Shown here piece after piece: positions 24,895 through 37,886 of a DNA stretch of 64,000 bases (position 1 is its first letter; each line of letters begins with the position of its first letter). Position numbers and translations under genes: made by a program. The notes under the pieces were generated by a model, which saw nothing but the letters and a program-made list of their open reading frames with translations, had not been told where the DNA came from and did not search any database. The stretch spans positions 248,001 to 312,000 of the forward strand of contig AP026129.1 in the NCBI GenBank assembly GCA_030295235.1. Reading direction: 5' to 3'. The stretch is from Fistulifera solaris. Its lineage: Eukaryota.

Positions 24895-27800
24895 ATGGAT
24901 CGTTTTGCTGCTATGATCATCCTCTTGGGGACTTTGGTGGTGAGTAATTTTCTTCGTTCATGAAGTCATTCCTATGGCGTTTCGCCGACTCTCACACAAG
25001 AAAACAAACAGAGCTTGGTACTGATCCTACTTTCGTTTTTTTCGGTGGCCCCAATTTTCTGCTCTTGTCTGTTAAGCCTCTTGTACAGTCTTTATTTATT
25101 CATGGCGTATGAAGAATCGGGCATTCATCACGCACAAGAATTCGAGAACCGCTTTTGGACGATCTTTGCGTTGCTGTTAAGCACGGCGTTGTTCTTTGCT
25201 AAGGATTCACCGGTGGCCTTTGGGTTGACATGGTCACCTACACTTGGTTTTATGGCGGTCGTACTCTCGGCTTATGCGATGCACGTATGGGATCGTTATA
25301 CACATCGCGTGGCGATTAGCAGTCAGTCGGCATCGATGTTGATACGGCGGTCCTCTCAGAACAGCAAACACGGTTTGCTGTCGCAGTCTCTGTTGCACCT
25401 ACGCGATTTAGGGATTCCTGTGGAAGCACAACTGGCCAAAATCAATGACTGCTTACAGGAAATCGATCAGCTCTTGATTCCATCGACAATCAACAATTTC
25501 ATCAATATACGCTACGTTCAGGCCAAAGAGCGTGAAATTATTACCGTTTTCGAAGAATGTGACGCCCGCGCTTTGAATTATCTGATAAGTCACGTGAAAC
25601 TTGGGCTACTGTTTTACAAAATCAAAGATCACCGGAACTTTCATGGCAAACACCGCACAGAACTCATCAATTTGCTCGCCGTGGAACGCTTATCGATTCT
25701 GACCGTTATGAGCCGCGTCATCTTACTACATTCTTTGCAACTATTGAAACTGCGCGCCAATCCGAAAGCGGAGTACTGGGTACGGCATATTTTGCTAAAT
25801 ACACATCAAGACGATTTATCCGAGCTCAAGACTTTGACGGACGCGAAAGGTGATTACTTTTGCATGAACAAACTGATCTATGACGACATTCGATCCGAAT
25901 CAGTTCGACAAGATATTCTTCATCACATTCGACGGGAAGCGGCAGTTCAACAGACAAAGTGGCAAATGGGCATGGCTCGGAGAAAGTCTCCGCTGTCTAG
26001 TCGACCTGTCATGACTTGGCGGAAAGTCTTGTCCGATGTAGATGATACTCTGTCGTGCAGCGGCGGGATGTACCCGGCTGGCGTTGATAAAAGATACCCA
26101 AAGAAAACTATCTATCCGGGGGTCTTAGCATTCTATCGAGAATTGGATTTGGGTACGCAAGGCTCTGAACAATGGGAAGACGAGCGAGTAGGAAATCTTG
26201 TTTTCTTGTCGGCACGACCGCACGTGTACAAGGATATGTCAGAAAAGATCAATTTTGCGAAGTTCGAAAGGCTTCAAATGGTAGGAGAGGATGGGCGAAG
26301 AGGAATGCACACGACACCGAGTTTACTGGCGGGCGACTTGGTTTCGGGGAGTCAGTTCTTTGTCACGAACGATTACGAGCATCTTGCCCGGAAGAAATTT
26401 GACAACTTTCGGCGCTACGTGGGACTTTATCCTGAATTTCAACATGTCTTTGTTTGTGACAATGGTCAGGGCGATGTGCGCGCTGGTGAAATGATGTTCG
26501 ATAGCTTTCCATACGAGTTCGAGGCATTGTATGTTCACGTGGTTCAGCCCGTGAACAAAACACATGGGTACAACTTGGAGCGTTGGCGAGACAAAGAGTT
26601 TTCACCGTTCTTTTTCCGCTCGTACCCCGAAGCGGCGCTGCATGCAGCTAGTAGACATCCTCCATTGATTCGCGTGACGGGGCTGCAACGAATTTGCCAA
26701 GATGCTGTGAAAGATTTTGCTCAGATTAAGAACTGGCCCTCGGAGCAAGTGAAAGCGGCTCGGCGACAGGAACTGAATCAAGCCATCTGGCTAGCAAATC
26801 GTTTTTAGTTCAAAACAACGAGGCGATGGTTGAGAATATTTTAGGAGAGCAGATCTGGCGCAACGGAGAAAAAGTGCGCACACCATATGGTGTGGCAAGG
26901 ATTGTCAATTACGATCCCGTACATGACATGTACGAGGTGAATCTTGACTGGAGACCTCTTGACGTGCAATTGAAAGAGCACGAAGAAGATTTGAGAAGCA
27001 AGACAAACCGATCGGCACCCCCTTCCGCTCCGAGGCAGAAATCACTTGAGACTGTGCACGAGCAAGACGAGAGCGACGAAGAAGTGGCGGCGATATCCGG
27101 TGGAGTGGCAAGTGTCGTGACAACACAGGATGGCGGCGAATCAGCTCTACCACAAAGCTCTACTCGTACATCGTCTACGATTGATCCGTTGTCGGTATCC
27201 GAAGAGTTCTTGTGTGTTGAATCGAATGATTCGAGCTCTGGTTCGAGAATGTCGACGTCGCCGAATAACGAGCCTGATATTCCATCGTTAGAGGTAACCC
27301 CACCCCGCCGATATAAGCCAAGACTGGCTTCTGGAGACTCTTCGGTGAAGGCGTATGTGTCCGGTATGCTCATCACAAAATACACAATGCCTCCTCTACC
27401 TAAACTGGAAAGGAAGTCATCTGTTTTTACGTTTTTCACTATTCCAGACACCCCTGTATCACGAGATCCACCAAAGCGTCGAATCCTAGATAAGGGCACA
27501 GAATGCAGCACACCTTACGGCCCCGTTGTTGTTGTTCAACATCGTATCGATGATCATATGGTGATTGCTGACATGATAGGATGGAAAGCTCGGGCATACA
27601 TTCACGAATCTCTTGTATCACCACTTCCGCGGAATCTACTGAGAGCACTGCTACGGCAATTCAGCTCTGATACTGTACCACATAAACCATTGGAATTCCC
27701 ACACTCAACAGGGCTGCAAATCAAAACACCTTTCGGTCGCGGGTCAATAAAACGACCGATTCCAATCACAGCCCAGAATCGCCGTGATGCGCTTTCTGCT

Positions 27801-28670
27801 CATCACATGTTGCCCACCATTGGGATCAGTCTCGACAATTGGACTTTAGCAAATGGATCTCATCCCATGTTGTACTGCACGGAGGCGACTGCTCGTGCAT
27901 GGAACGACCGCAAGGAAGAAGATAACCCGTCGCTTTTCTTTACGCTTGGGTCAGCGTTGGTGACTTCTTCTCGCTCCTTGTTCGAACCATTTCTACAACA
28001 GCCAAAGCGCGTTGTCAAAGACGAGATGCCAAAAACTTTCAAACGATTTTATCAAGACGGCGCAGCAGTTACTACTCCGTTTGGATATGGCCGTGTGGTC
28101 AATTTCCGTCCAGGCGACGGAATGTACGAAGTACTACTAGTGCAATGGACTCTGGCGAGCGGCCCCCACCCGCGTGTTTACGCTAGGGAAGTTGATTTGA
28201 GCTCACGGGTAGCAAGCGGCTGCCAGGAGGGTTATCCAGTTTTGACGAGTTTGGGGCTATCTGGAATTCTTGCTTCTGTAGAACCTACGACTGGTGTTCA
28301 TATTGTGACCATATCATCAGTTCGAATGGTTTGCTACCTACAGCCGGATTGTGTCTTACGACCTCTTAAGGCTGCGGTAGGCGAAGATGTACTGACTGTC
28401 TTTGGCGATGGTATAGTGAAAAATTATCATGCCGCTCGCGATATCTATACCATTCGTCTGTCGTGGGGAGCAAAGTTGTATGCTCAAGCAGACACCTTTG
28501 ATCGAGTAGGAGAAGGGGTACAGGACCGAGATGAGCCATTTGGCGTCAACTGGCTTTTAAGACTCCTTTTCTTCTCACCTGCGTCTACAAGAAAAGGAGA
28601 CTCAAACCCTCAATCACGCAGTCGAAGCAATAGCGTTGTCAGCGGCCTTAGTCAGAAAAGTAAGCAGTGA
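24895..28670 (+). CDS. Multi-TM HAD/APP1-like phosphatase with C-terminal TP[YF]G repeats; one 5' intron; frameshift near 26805
   Basis: LSDVDDTL (DxDxT), YPGVLAFY, FLSARP and FVCDNGQGD; ORFs 25015-26808 and 26826-28670 join across a T-run. Confidence 0.7.
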
Positions 28671-28768
28671 ATACGGAACTTTTATAGAATGAATTGTACA
28701 ATAAGAATAACGTAGTTCTTTATTCAATTCTCTCTTTGTAGTCAAACACGCAGAAATACGTATTGAAG

Positions 28769-29893
28769 TCAAGATAGTTTTTCTGGTTTTGTCGAATTCA
28801 TAACAGCCCCCGATATCCATATTTGCCACAACCATTGCGGACCCAAAACTTGAGCAATGTTGTTGTACCATGAGCCTTTATCAAACGGATTGGGCCGATC
28901 GAACCTCTGATGATGTTCGAGTTGATAATCCATCACGATTCTGTGTTCTAACGTCGTGTAAGACATGCTCATGAGCTTGAAATGGTAACCCAAGAATGCT
29001 GACATCACAGCACCAACACCCATGAGAATCGGATACGCTAAATCGATCACAATTTGGGAGATCACTACATCCGCAGTTCGTTCCGTTCGAATTCCTCGGA
29101 AAAGTAGTAGAATTAAGTCCCACAGCGGCGGTAGATTGAGCACACCAGTACCATTGTCGTAAAGCCAGCGGAAACCATATTGTTTCACTCGTTCACGAAG
29201 TGGCTCGTAGAAAGGCCAGAATAACAACGCAGTCCCATACCAACAAGCGACCGTCAAATGGATCATAAAGAGGACGAATGAGCGGTAATTGTTAAGACCC
29301 ACGCAATTATTGATCCATACACAGTGATGATCGTAGCGCAGTACGCAAATATTACAGATACGGCAATGATGCGCTCGCGGCGGCCTATATACTTGACACG
29401 TTTGACACAAAGAGTACTGCGGGGACGGGTGGTATCGTGTTAAGTCATCATCTTTGGGATTGACCGATGATGTATTTGGAATTTCACGACACATCTGTGA
29501 TACTTTTCCTGGGCAGGACTTGACCGAAAGAACATAATAGATCAAGGTTGTTGAGAAAAGATAAAGCACAATGCCGTCATGAACCCAAGTCCACGCACAC
29601 GGTTCCCTGGCAACACACCATCGTTCCGTGACAACAGCGGAACGAAGCGACATTACGTAAGCCAGACAAAGGAGGCTTTGAATTTCAATCGCAAAGCTCA
29701 CAAGAAGAATGTTCCACGGAAGTTGATTGATGCGGGTGACGTTTAGCACGTCATTCAAAGCAGCCTGCGACAGTTGAAAGATCCACGTCCATGGATTGAA
29801 AGAAGAGTGCGGAGAATACAATGCAGCCCGAAACTCCTTCCACTTTTCCGGAAATCTCGATCTTTCTCTGGGCGCCTTTTCCGACCGAGACAT
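28769..29893 (-). CDS. DHHC palmitoyltransferase
   Basis: CQTCQVYRPPRAHHCRICNICVLRYDHHCVWINNCVG, TTLE and NPFDKG. Confidence 0.93.
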   Translation of the reverse strand: MSRSEKAPRERSRFPEKWKEFRAALYSPHSSFNPWTWIFQLSQAALNDVLNVTRINQLPWNILLVSFAIEIQSLLCLAYVMSLRSAVVTERWCVAREPCAWTWVHDGIVLYLFSTTLIYYVLSVKSCPGKVSQMCREIPNTSSVNPKDDDLTRYHPSPQYSLCQTCQVYRPPRAHHCRICNICVLRYDHHCVWINNCVGLNNYRSFVLFMIHLTVACWYGTALLFWPFYEPLRERVKQYGFRWLYDNGTGVLNLPPLWDLILLLFRGIRTERTADVVISQIVIDLAYPILMGVGAVMSAFLGYHFKLMSMSYTTLEHRIVMDYQLEHHQRFDRPNPFDKGSWYNNIAQVLGPQWLWQIWISGAVMNSTKPEKLS

Positions 29894-30084
29894 CTCTATG
29901 ACTTTGTTGTTCCTTGTTGCAAAAAAAATTCTTGTCATTGATACTGCGGAGTATTTCCTTGGCAATATTGTGACTTGAACTCTCGTCATCATTTTTCTTG
30001 GGATTTTTTGTTTTTGTCGTTTCGTGGCGTCTCGTGCGTAGTCCACGCTATAAGGGTTAAGGGTAATGGCCTTTATTCAAAGTT

Positions 30085-30571
30085 CGTGACCGAAATGCAG
30101 TCGTGGATAAGTTGATAAAACACTGTGGTTCATAGTAAATAGGTAGGGAAAATGGTCCGCATGGATTTTCGACGCAATGAATCGTGACGTGCGCTGTAAG
30201 TGGTGCTGATGCTTATTTTATCGCTTTTACGACAAATGCTGCTCATCACGCTAGCAGAATGAACGGTATTTGAAGCAGAGTCCCGCTCGACATGCTCATG
30301 ATGATGATTCATGACTGAAATGCAGTCGTGTCGAAAAACGGCAAGCACTTTGGGCGTACAGTAAAAGTGTTGATGATAAAGATCCGCAGGGATTTTCGAC
30401 TGAAAAATTTAAAGTGTAGGAGGTGAAAATGATGCTGATGGTACTCATCACATCGTTTGATCGACAAATGTTGCAAGCCAAGCTGTCAGACTACCGGTAA
30501 ACTGTACCGGTACTGGTACCAGTACCGGTCTGTCTCAAAAGTTCATGATTCAGGACTGAAATGCAGTCGTG
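30085..30571 (+). repeat. Hairpin-delimited repeat, locus B (two units of 225 and 241 bp, three hairpins)
   Basis: Motif at 30085, 30310 and 30551; homologous internal blocks. Confidence 0.8.
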
Positions 30572-30813
30572 GAAAAGGCTGCTTACACTCTGGGGCTATA
30601 GAATGTCAGACCGGCGGGCGCGACTTGACGGCCCGTTTTGCTCCGTGCGCATTAAAGGCACTTAGTTACGGTTGACCATGGCGGCTTGGCGGAATTATAA
30701 ACGCTTGCCAGAATACAACAGCAGATCCAAGGTAGTTTGATGGCAACTTGCTTCTTTTGAAGCATAAAAATTGTTCGATTTTTTCGTTTATAAACCGAGA
30801 AGAGTCGTGAAGA

Positions 30814-32242
30814 ATGATCTCAATGCTTATGATTCTGAATCACAAGGGGGACATTATGATCTCCCGCCAATATCGGTAAGACTGTGCTATCTTTGTTGTG
30901 TTTTGATGATCTTGAACTCTGCAATCTCACACGGTTCTTCGTCGATGTGTAGAGATGACGTTGGGAGAGCAGCAGCGGATTCCTTCCGTCTTCAGGTACG
31001 TTCAACGCAGGCACACTCTCTTTTCCCATCGTCGCTACTCTCACGAGCTATTCTGTTTGCCTTTCAAAGGTTGTCGCCGCGAAAGAAACAGGCACCGATG
31101 CTCCGATCAAACGCATTGAAAACTGCTCCTTTCTTTATACACGGCACTTGAACATGTATTTTGTCGCCATGACGAGATCGAATGTCAATCCAGCGCTCGT
31201 CTTTGAATATCTCTTTCAGTTAGTCAAGATTTTGAAAGCTTACTTGGGAGAAGAGTTTGATGAGAATGCGATGCGAAACAACATGACGCTTATTTATGAA
31301 CTCATGGATGAGACTATGGATTTCGGTTACCCTCAAAATTGTGCCGTGGATGTTCTGCGGTTGTATATCAACTTGGGGAATGTCAAACCGCAAGACGAGC
31401 CAGAGCCAAGTCAGCTGACGAGTCAAATCACTGGCGCCATTGACTGGCGACGCGAAGGAATTCGTCACAAAAAGAACGAGGTGTACATTGATGTTCTGGA
31501 ATCTGTGAATCTTCTCTTGTCGTCTACCGGAAGTGTTTTGCGCAATGAAGTGCAGGGTGCAGTGCAAATGAACACCAAGTTGACAGGTATGCCAGAATGC
31601 AAATTCGGGCTCAATGATAAGCTTGTCATTGATAAAGACAAGGGAGATGGAAAACAGACGGTGGAAATTGATGACTGCACGTTCCACCGGTGCGTGCGAT
31701 TGGGAAAATTCGACGCTGACCGAACCATCACTTTCATTCCGCCCGACGGAGAGTTCGAGTTGATGCATTATCGAGTAACGGACAATATCAATCTACCCTT
31801 CCGTGTCATCCCTGCAGTTCAAGAAGAGAACAACATGACAAAAGTATCGATCAATGTCAAAGTGATTGCCAGTTTCTCGGATCAGCTTTTTGCAACGCAC
31901 GTTGTGATCAAAATACCGGTACCGAAGAATACGTCAAAAGCGAAAATCAAAAACTCGTTTGGCCGTGCAAAATATGAGCCCGAACAAAACGCCATCGTTT
32001 GGCGCGTCAAACGTTTTGCGGGAAAGGCGGAATGCATCATCACGGCAGATGTAGACCTCATGCCCATGACACGTCCCAAACCATGGAGTCGGCCTCCCAT
32101 CCAATTGGAGTTTCAAGTTCCCATGTTTACTGCAAGTGGAGTGCACGTAAGGTTCCTTCGTGTTTACGACAAATCAGGGTACCATACCAATCGATGGGTC
32201 CGCTACATCACCAAGGCGGGCAACTATCAAATTCGAATTTAG
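30814..32242 (+). CDS. AP2M1: AP-2 adaptor complex mu subunit; two short 5' introns
   Basis: MISMLMILNHKGDIMISRQYR; DFGYPQ; QITGAIDWRREGI..KKNEVYIDV; FHRCVRL; FIPPDGEFELM; WVRYIT. Confidence 0.95.
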
Positions 32243-32293
32243 TTCGTGTTGATCGTAAAAATAAATTTACATTAATTCCATATTATATTTAGC

Positions 32294-33885
32294 TCAACGC
32301 TTCTTTGACGGTCTTCTTCGATAGGAACTTGATCCTGAAGAACTTCTACTACTGCGGCTGCTGAGAGAAGCGCTGCGCCGCCGTCGGCTAGAACGAGAAG
32401 GACGACGGTCTGATGACGACGACGACGAAAACGATCTGGATCGGCTCCGTGAGCCCCTGCTGCCATTCTTCTCTCGACGCCGATCGATTGTGCGACTTTC
32501 GGATCGCCTTGACCGTGGTGAGGGGCTCCCACATGGCGATTGTGACCTCGGTATAGAACGGTGTCTATCTGTTTCGCGACGGCTTTCGTTCGACGACATA
32601 CTTCGGCTTCGCTGACGGGACAAGCGTTCTGGGCGTCTTCCTCGTCCCGAGACTTCAGAATTCGAAGACCGAGTGCTCGCAGAAGAATTTCTCTCCGGAG
32701 AAGCCGATCGGTTTCGCCTTGGTGATGGCGACTGGGGACGACGTCCTATTCGTTCCTGACTGTGCCGAGATCCGGGGCTGCGACTCGGCGACCGCGAAGC
32801 AGAACGGCTTCGATCCGAATCGCGACGACTTTCTTTGGGAGAAATACTTGGGCTTCGTTTGCGACACAGTGTCTCCTGGCGATTTCCTCTTCCAGTTTTT
32901 TCATTACCCAAAGATCGGCTTCTCGCCGGAGAATCTCTCTTCGGCGAAGGACTTCTGCGACGACTTCCCTTTCGTTCGCTGGAAGATGATGCCGACCTAC
33001 TCCGTCGGCTCCTTGACGAAAAAGACGACGATCGACTCGATGATCCATACGACGAGCTACTACTACTCGATGACGAACTATCACGACGACTCCTTCGTCG
33101 TCTTCTGCTTCTTCCCCGACTTCTCGAAGAGGATGACGAGGAGGAGTAAGATGACGACGACGACGAAGACGATGATGAACTGGAACTCGTCGAGCTATCC
33201 CGTCTCTTCTTTTGCAGTTCTTTCTTCTTGGGCTTTTCTTTATGAAGCGCCGGATTGTCTTCCACCGCCTTGACTTCTTTGCGCTCTCGACTGAATGCTT
33301 TCCCTGCCACATAAGTCTTCGTGTCGATGCCAAAAGCTGCAGCCAAACGATCCTCAGGATCGCTTTTTTGAGTTGCTGGGACAGTCTCTGGCCAAGTGAC
33401 CGGGGGTTCCGCATTTGTAACATGCTCTCGAGCGCATTTGGTTCCCTGTATTTGCGGAAACGAGCGCCGGCTCCAATTCTCCTTCCTCAATTTCGGGTTG
33501 TTGTTGAAGCCTTTTGACTTGTAAATCCTCTTCCGCTTGCTGTTGCTTTTTCTTTTTTCAGTTTTTCTTCTTCCCAGCCTTGCAAAGTAGCTCGCCGTTG
33601 CTCCGCAATTCGTTCCTCGATGTCTTGTTCCGTCCATTTTCCTTCTTCTTCCAACTCCTCTCGCAATATCAATAAATCATTCTCTAATTTGCGCAATTTC
33701 TCATGATGCTGCAGTTCCACATTCGTTTTCTTTTGTTGTTGTCGAGGCCGTCGTGATGCATGTTGCTGCCGATTTTGTTCCAGACGACGCCGTTGTTGCG
33801 CTGCTCGTACATGACTTTGATTCGTTTGCACGTATCCCGACGTTGCGGACCCACGAACGGAAGAAAGGCCGATTCCGTTGTACAT
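32294..33885 (-). CDS. CWC21: CWC21/SRRM2-like splicing factor with RS-rich tail; frameshift near 33520
   Basis: MYNGIGLSSVRGSATSGYVQTN, the cwf21 domain (HEKLRKLE), AAFGID...GKAFSRE and a long RS domain. Confidence 0.88.
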
Positions 33886-34303
33886 ACTGTACTTCCTTGT
33901 TGTGTTCGAATCTTACGAACGGGGGTATTTTATGTTGATTGTGTTACGGAGTTGTCATTCGATCACATCACTTTGTTATCATTGTGCGGTAATAATATTT
34001 TTGGCGGTGGCGGGTGGCTGCCGAAGCGGAACGTGAACCCAATGTTGTCATACCGGTTTAATCAATTAAGGTTCAAGAGCGGCTTTACGTCATCCCTAGT
34101 ACATTTGGTGAAATAGTGAATGCACACGATCCTCGGAAAAATCGCACCGTTGACAAAAAAAGACCTCTCGATCGTCGTCGTTACAAGGATGATAACGACA
34201 TCATCATCATTGCTATCATAATCCTCGTTGTTTCCTCTTTTTCTTGCTATTCCCTACAGAACGAAACCAAAACGAAACAGGTTGCACAACACTATAGGAA
34301 AAC

Positions 34304-36393
34304 ATGCGACACAACACGTATCAAGTGCGATCGAAACTCGTCTTGAAAACAGCCCGTCCATGGATTTTGCTGGCCACGGTATCCGTGTTGCTTGCGGGTG
34401 TTTCCGTCGTTCCGTCCATCAAATCTTCTCGAAGACGACGTCTGGATGAGTGGGATTGGAGTTTCTTGTCGGAAACAGAGCAGCAGCAGCAGCAAGACGA
34501 ATCTTCCACCAAAGTCTCTGCAGCCAATGATAAAGACGGTGACTGGAATTTTATAGAGAGTACGAGTCCGAGGCACGAAGTATCCCCCGTCACTCCATCC
34601 AACACTTTAACAGATGACTGGGATACGCCTACTACACCCGCAAAAACTACCACGACTGATGACGATGATGATGACGATTGGAATGTTGTGACGGATAGTA
34701 GCACTAGTACAGCGAATCATCACCAACCAGCAGCAATCGCCGAAGATGAATGGGGATTTGCGGAGATAACGCAGTCTACAACAAGCGAGAAAAAGACATC
34801 TGGTGGAATGGAAGTCAATGACGACGACTGGAATATTATGGGGCAGGAGAAAGCTCCTTTGCCACCCAGTTCCAGTCCGAAAGGAATTACGGACGACGAT
34901 GAAGGCGAATGGTTTTTGATAAACGACGTCACGAAAATATCCTACACTGCGAAATCGTCATCGGAACACGCACACAGCAGCAAGAGTCATAAGCATCATC
35001 ATTCAGTGTTCACAGAAGATCACAAGGACTTGTTTCCGTTCAATTGGGCCGACTTTTGGGGCTTTGCCTTGGCGACGGGAGGATTACTCTTAGCGGCCGG
35101 TGGAGGCATTGGTGGTGGAGGTATATTGGTCCCAATCTACTGTCTGGTTCTTGATTTTAGCCCAAAGCATGCGATTCCTCTATCCAATATTACGGTTTTG
35201 GGAGGTGCATTGGCAAACACAATTCTAAACGCACCGAAGCGACATCCGTCGGCCGATCGACCACTGATCGACTGGGATATGATCCTCGTGATGGAACCTT
35301 TGACGATAGCCGGAGCTTTGGTGGGTGCACTGATCAACAAAGTTCTTCCCGAATTACTCTTGACGGTTCTCCTTGTGCTGTTACTGGCGATAACTGCGCA
35401 AAATACATTGTCCAAGGCCATTCAGTTATATCGAAAAGAAACGGCCCAAATGATTCAAGAGTCTGAGCTTACTAAACTGGTGGAAGAACAGCAGCGCAAT
35501 GATGACGACGGGGATGAAGAAGATGATGATGACGAGAACAAGGACGCAAAAGGTGATGAACCGAACGAATCTCAGATGGTTACAGTCATGTCAAAGGAAC
35601 ACGAAGAACTACAAGCTATATTGGAGCACGAACGTCACCATTCTCAACACAACATTATACTCTTGGTGGTCATGTTCATTGTCGTATTGATTATCAATGC
35701 GTCTAAGGGTGGAGGTGCTTTCAAATCACCACTGGGCATCACCTGTGGCTCGTCGGCATTCTGGATGTCGAACTTTCTTTTGCTGGCTTGGATTCTCGCC
35801 ATTTCAATACATGCTCGCGTCGTCCTACTGCACAAATATGAGCGGAAAGCGGCCTGTAATTATGTGTACCAGCCGGGTGATATCGTATGGGACGAGCGCG
35901 CCACAGTCGTTTATCCAATCATTTGCACGTTTGCCGGTTTCTTTGCGGGGATGTTTGGTGTCGGTAAGTCAGTCCTTTGATTTAGTCACTAAATTTTTAA
36001 TGAGCGATCTCTCTAACCAATGCGCTCTTAGGCGGAGGAATTGTCAAGGGACCGCTCATGCTTGCCATGGGGATACACCCGGCTGTCAGCTCTGCAAGTA
36101 CCGCCTGCATGATCCTTTTCACTTCATTTACAGCGACAACGTCTTTCGTTGTGTTTGGCTTGCTTGTGTATGATTATGCTATCATTTGCTTCATTATCGG
36201 ATTCCTTGCGACTCTCGTTGGGCAAATTGCTTTGTCTTATGTCATGAAACGAGCAGGACGCAATTCATACATTGCGTTCTCCATCGGAGGCGTGGTGCTG
36301 GTATCCGCTATACTCATGACCATCCAGTCATTGCTTAGCATCGCTGAGGGTGAAAAGCACCATGCAGGGGGCATCTGCGGTAAGGGCGATTAG
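34304..36393 (+). CDS. TauE/SafE-family (sulfite exporter) membrane protein with acidic N-terminal extension; intron ~35964-36031
   Basis: AAGGGIGGGGILVP, RPLIDWD...MEP, AGMFGVGGGIVKGPLML and SSASTACMILFTS. Confidence 0.9.
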
Positions 36394-36850
36394 GTATCTG
36401 AACAAGAAGGCGGAGATACGAATGGATCCATTTGCATGCTGTCGAATGAATCGGTTGTGTTTCGTTTTGAAACCTTATACGTTAAATTTTGAAAGTTGAC
36501 GATAAGTATGGACTAGGCAAATAAGCTCAAGTATGACTTTCTCGGTAGTAGTCTAGCATTCTCGCATACTAGAGCATAAGATGACAACGAAGTACCTGGT
36601 TTCCCTAGTTTTACATCGTAGATGGCAGTCTTGAGTCTTGAAAGGCAAGAAAACCGTTAAGACATTGACGATTTCATTTTATTATCAGAGTGAAGTACAC
36701 ACCAAAACTTCAATAATGTGGTGGAAGGTTGAAGTGAGCTTTTGATTATTCCATCACAAAACGGAATGGATAGATTTGCAAAATCCTTTTATCGGAAAAG
36801 TAAATAGTTACTTTGATCAAATATAGACTTGCGCGTTGCTGCATTGTCAA

Positions 36851-37886
36851 ATGATCATGCAGCTGAGGCTTGACTTAGTATGTGCGGCTATCATCATCTC
36901 GAACGCGCATGCGTTTAGCGGTGTACTGTTTCAAAAAACCCCAACGCTTCAGCGGACAGCCCCGTCAAAGAAAGACGGGGTCGACATTCAGCTTCCGGAT
37001 TTCGAAGAGCTATTCACCCGTATCAGCCAGGTCTCTCCTTTAGCGCGCCGTGTCATAGAATCTCATAATGCTATCTCGAATAACCGTAAAGCCTTCGATA
37101 GTAAGTTTGAATTCCATATCAGATTGTAGAGCCAACAACTACTAATGTCTAACACTTTGTGCCTCTCTCATAGCTGGTGACTTGCAATGGTCAACAATCG
37201 AATCAAATCCGCGTCGACTAGTCAATCATGTAGAAAAGATCGACAATTTTGATGGGAAAGGTGCGCCTATTCTGCGTTTTCGGTCATCCATGGAGGGACC
37301 GTGCGTAGGGGAATATTTTGCCGACTTTATCATGACACTAGAGCGTCGAGCTTTGTGGGATCCCCAAATCGATGAAGTGTATGAACTCTATCCCATCCAT
37401 GATTTAGATGCTGCGAACATTGCCATGAATTTTGGAAGATATGGTGATTGCTCGCGACTTGGAATTGGATACTGTCGGACTAAAGCAAATATTGTTTCTG
37501 CTCGCGAGCAGCTGACACTGTGCGGTATCCAGGATTTTGAGGACGGTTCATGTATCATTTGGGGGACTGAGATGGAAGACTGGCACGATCATATGCTACC
37601 TCCAGGAAAGCGGGTGACGAGAGCTAAATCGCATATTTTCTCCACGACATTGACTCCAACAGGTGCGAACAGCTTCGATGTCGAATACGTTCTTCAGCTG
37701 AACATTGGAGGGAAAATTCCTAGCTGGATGACGGCGCCCATTGTGACTGATACGGTGAAAAACTTGTTCAAAACGGCTGATCAGTACTTTCGTGGAAAAG
37801 ACGGTCACCTCGCCGAGTTCATCAAGCAAAAACAAATGGAAAGCGACAGCTTGATCAAACGCCATAGTTTACTGATGACACCGTAA
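36851..37886 (+). CDS. START/SRPBCC-like lipid-binding protein, plastid-type presequence (copy 1); one intron
   Basis: Signal peptide ending AHA-FSG; R..WDPQID, SAREQL and VEYVLQLNIGGKIPSW resemble START folds. Confidence 0.7.

Noticed and set aside
30085..30571. CRISPR-like or C/D-box snoRNA interpretation of the hairpin repeat
   Set aside because: The inter-repeat segments are ~200 bp and homologous to each other, and the TGATGA/CTGA near 30300 is not arranged the same way in the other copies.
33895..33935. tRNA suggested by GTTCGAATC
   Set aside because: No cloverleaf, D-arm or acceptor stem can be formed.
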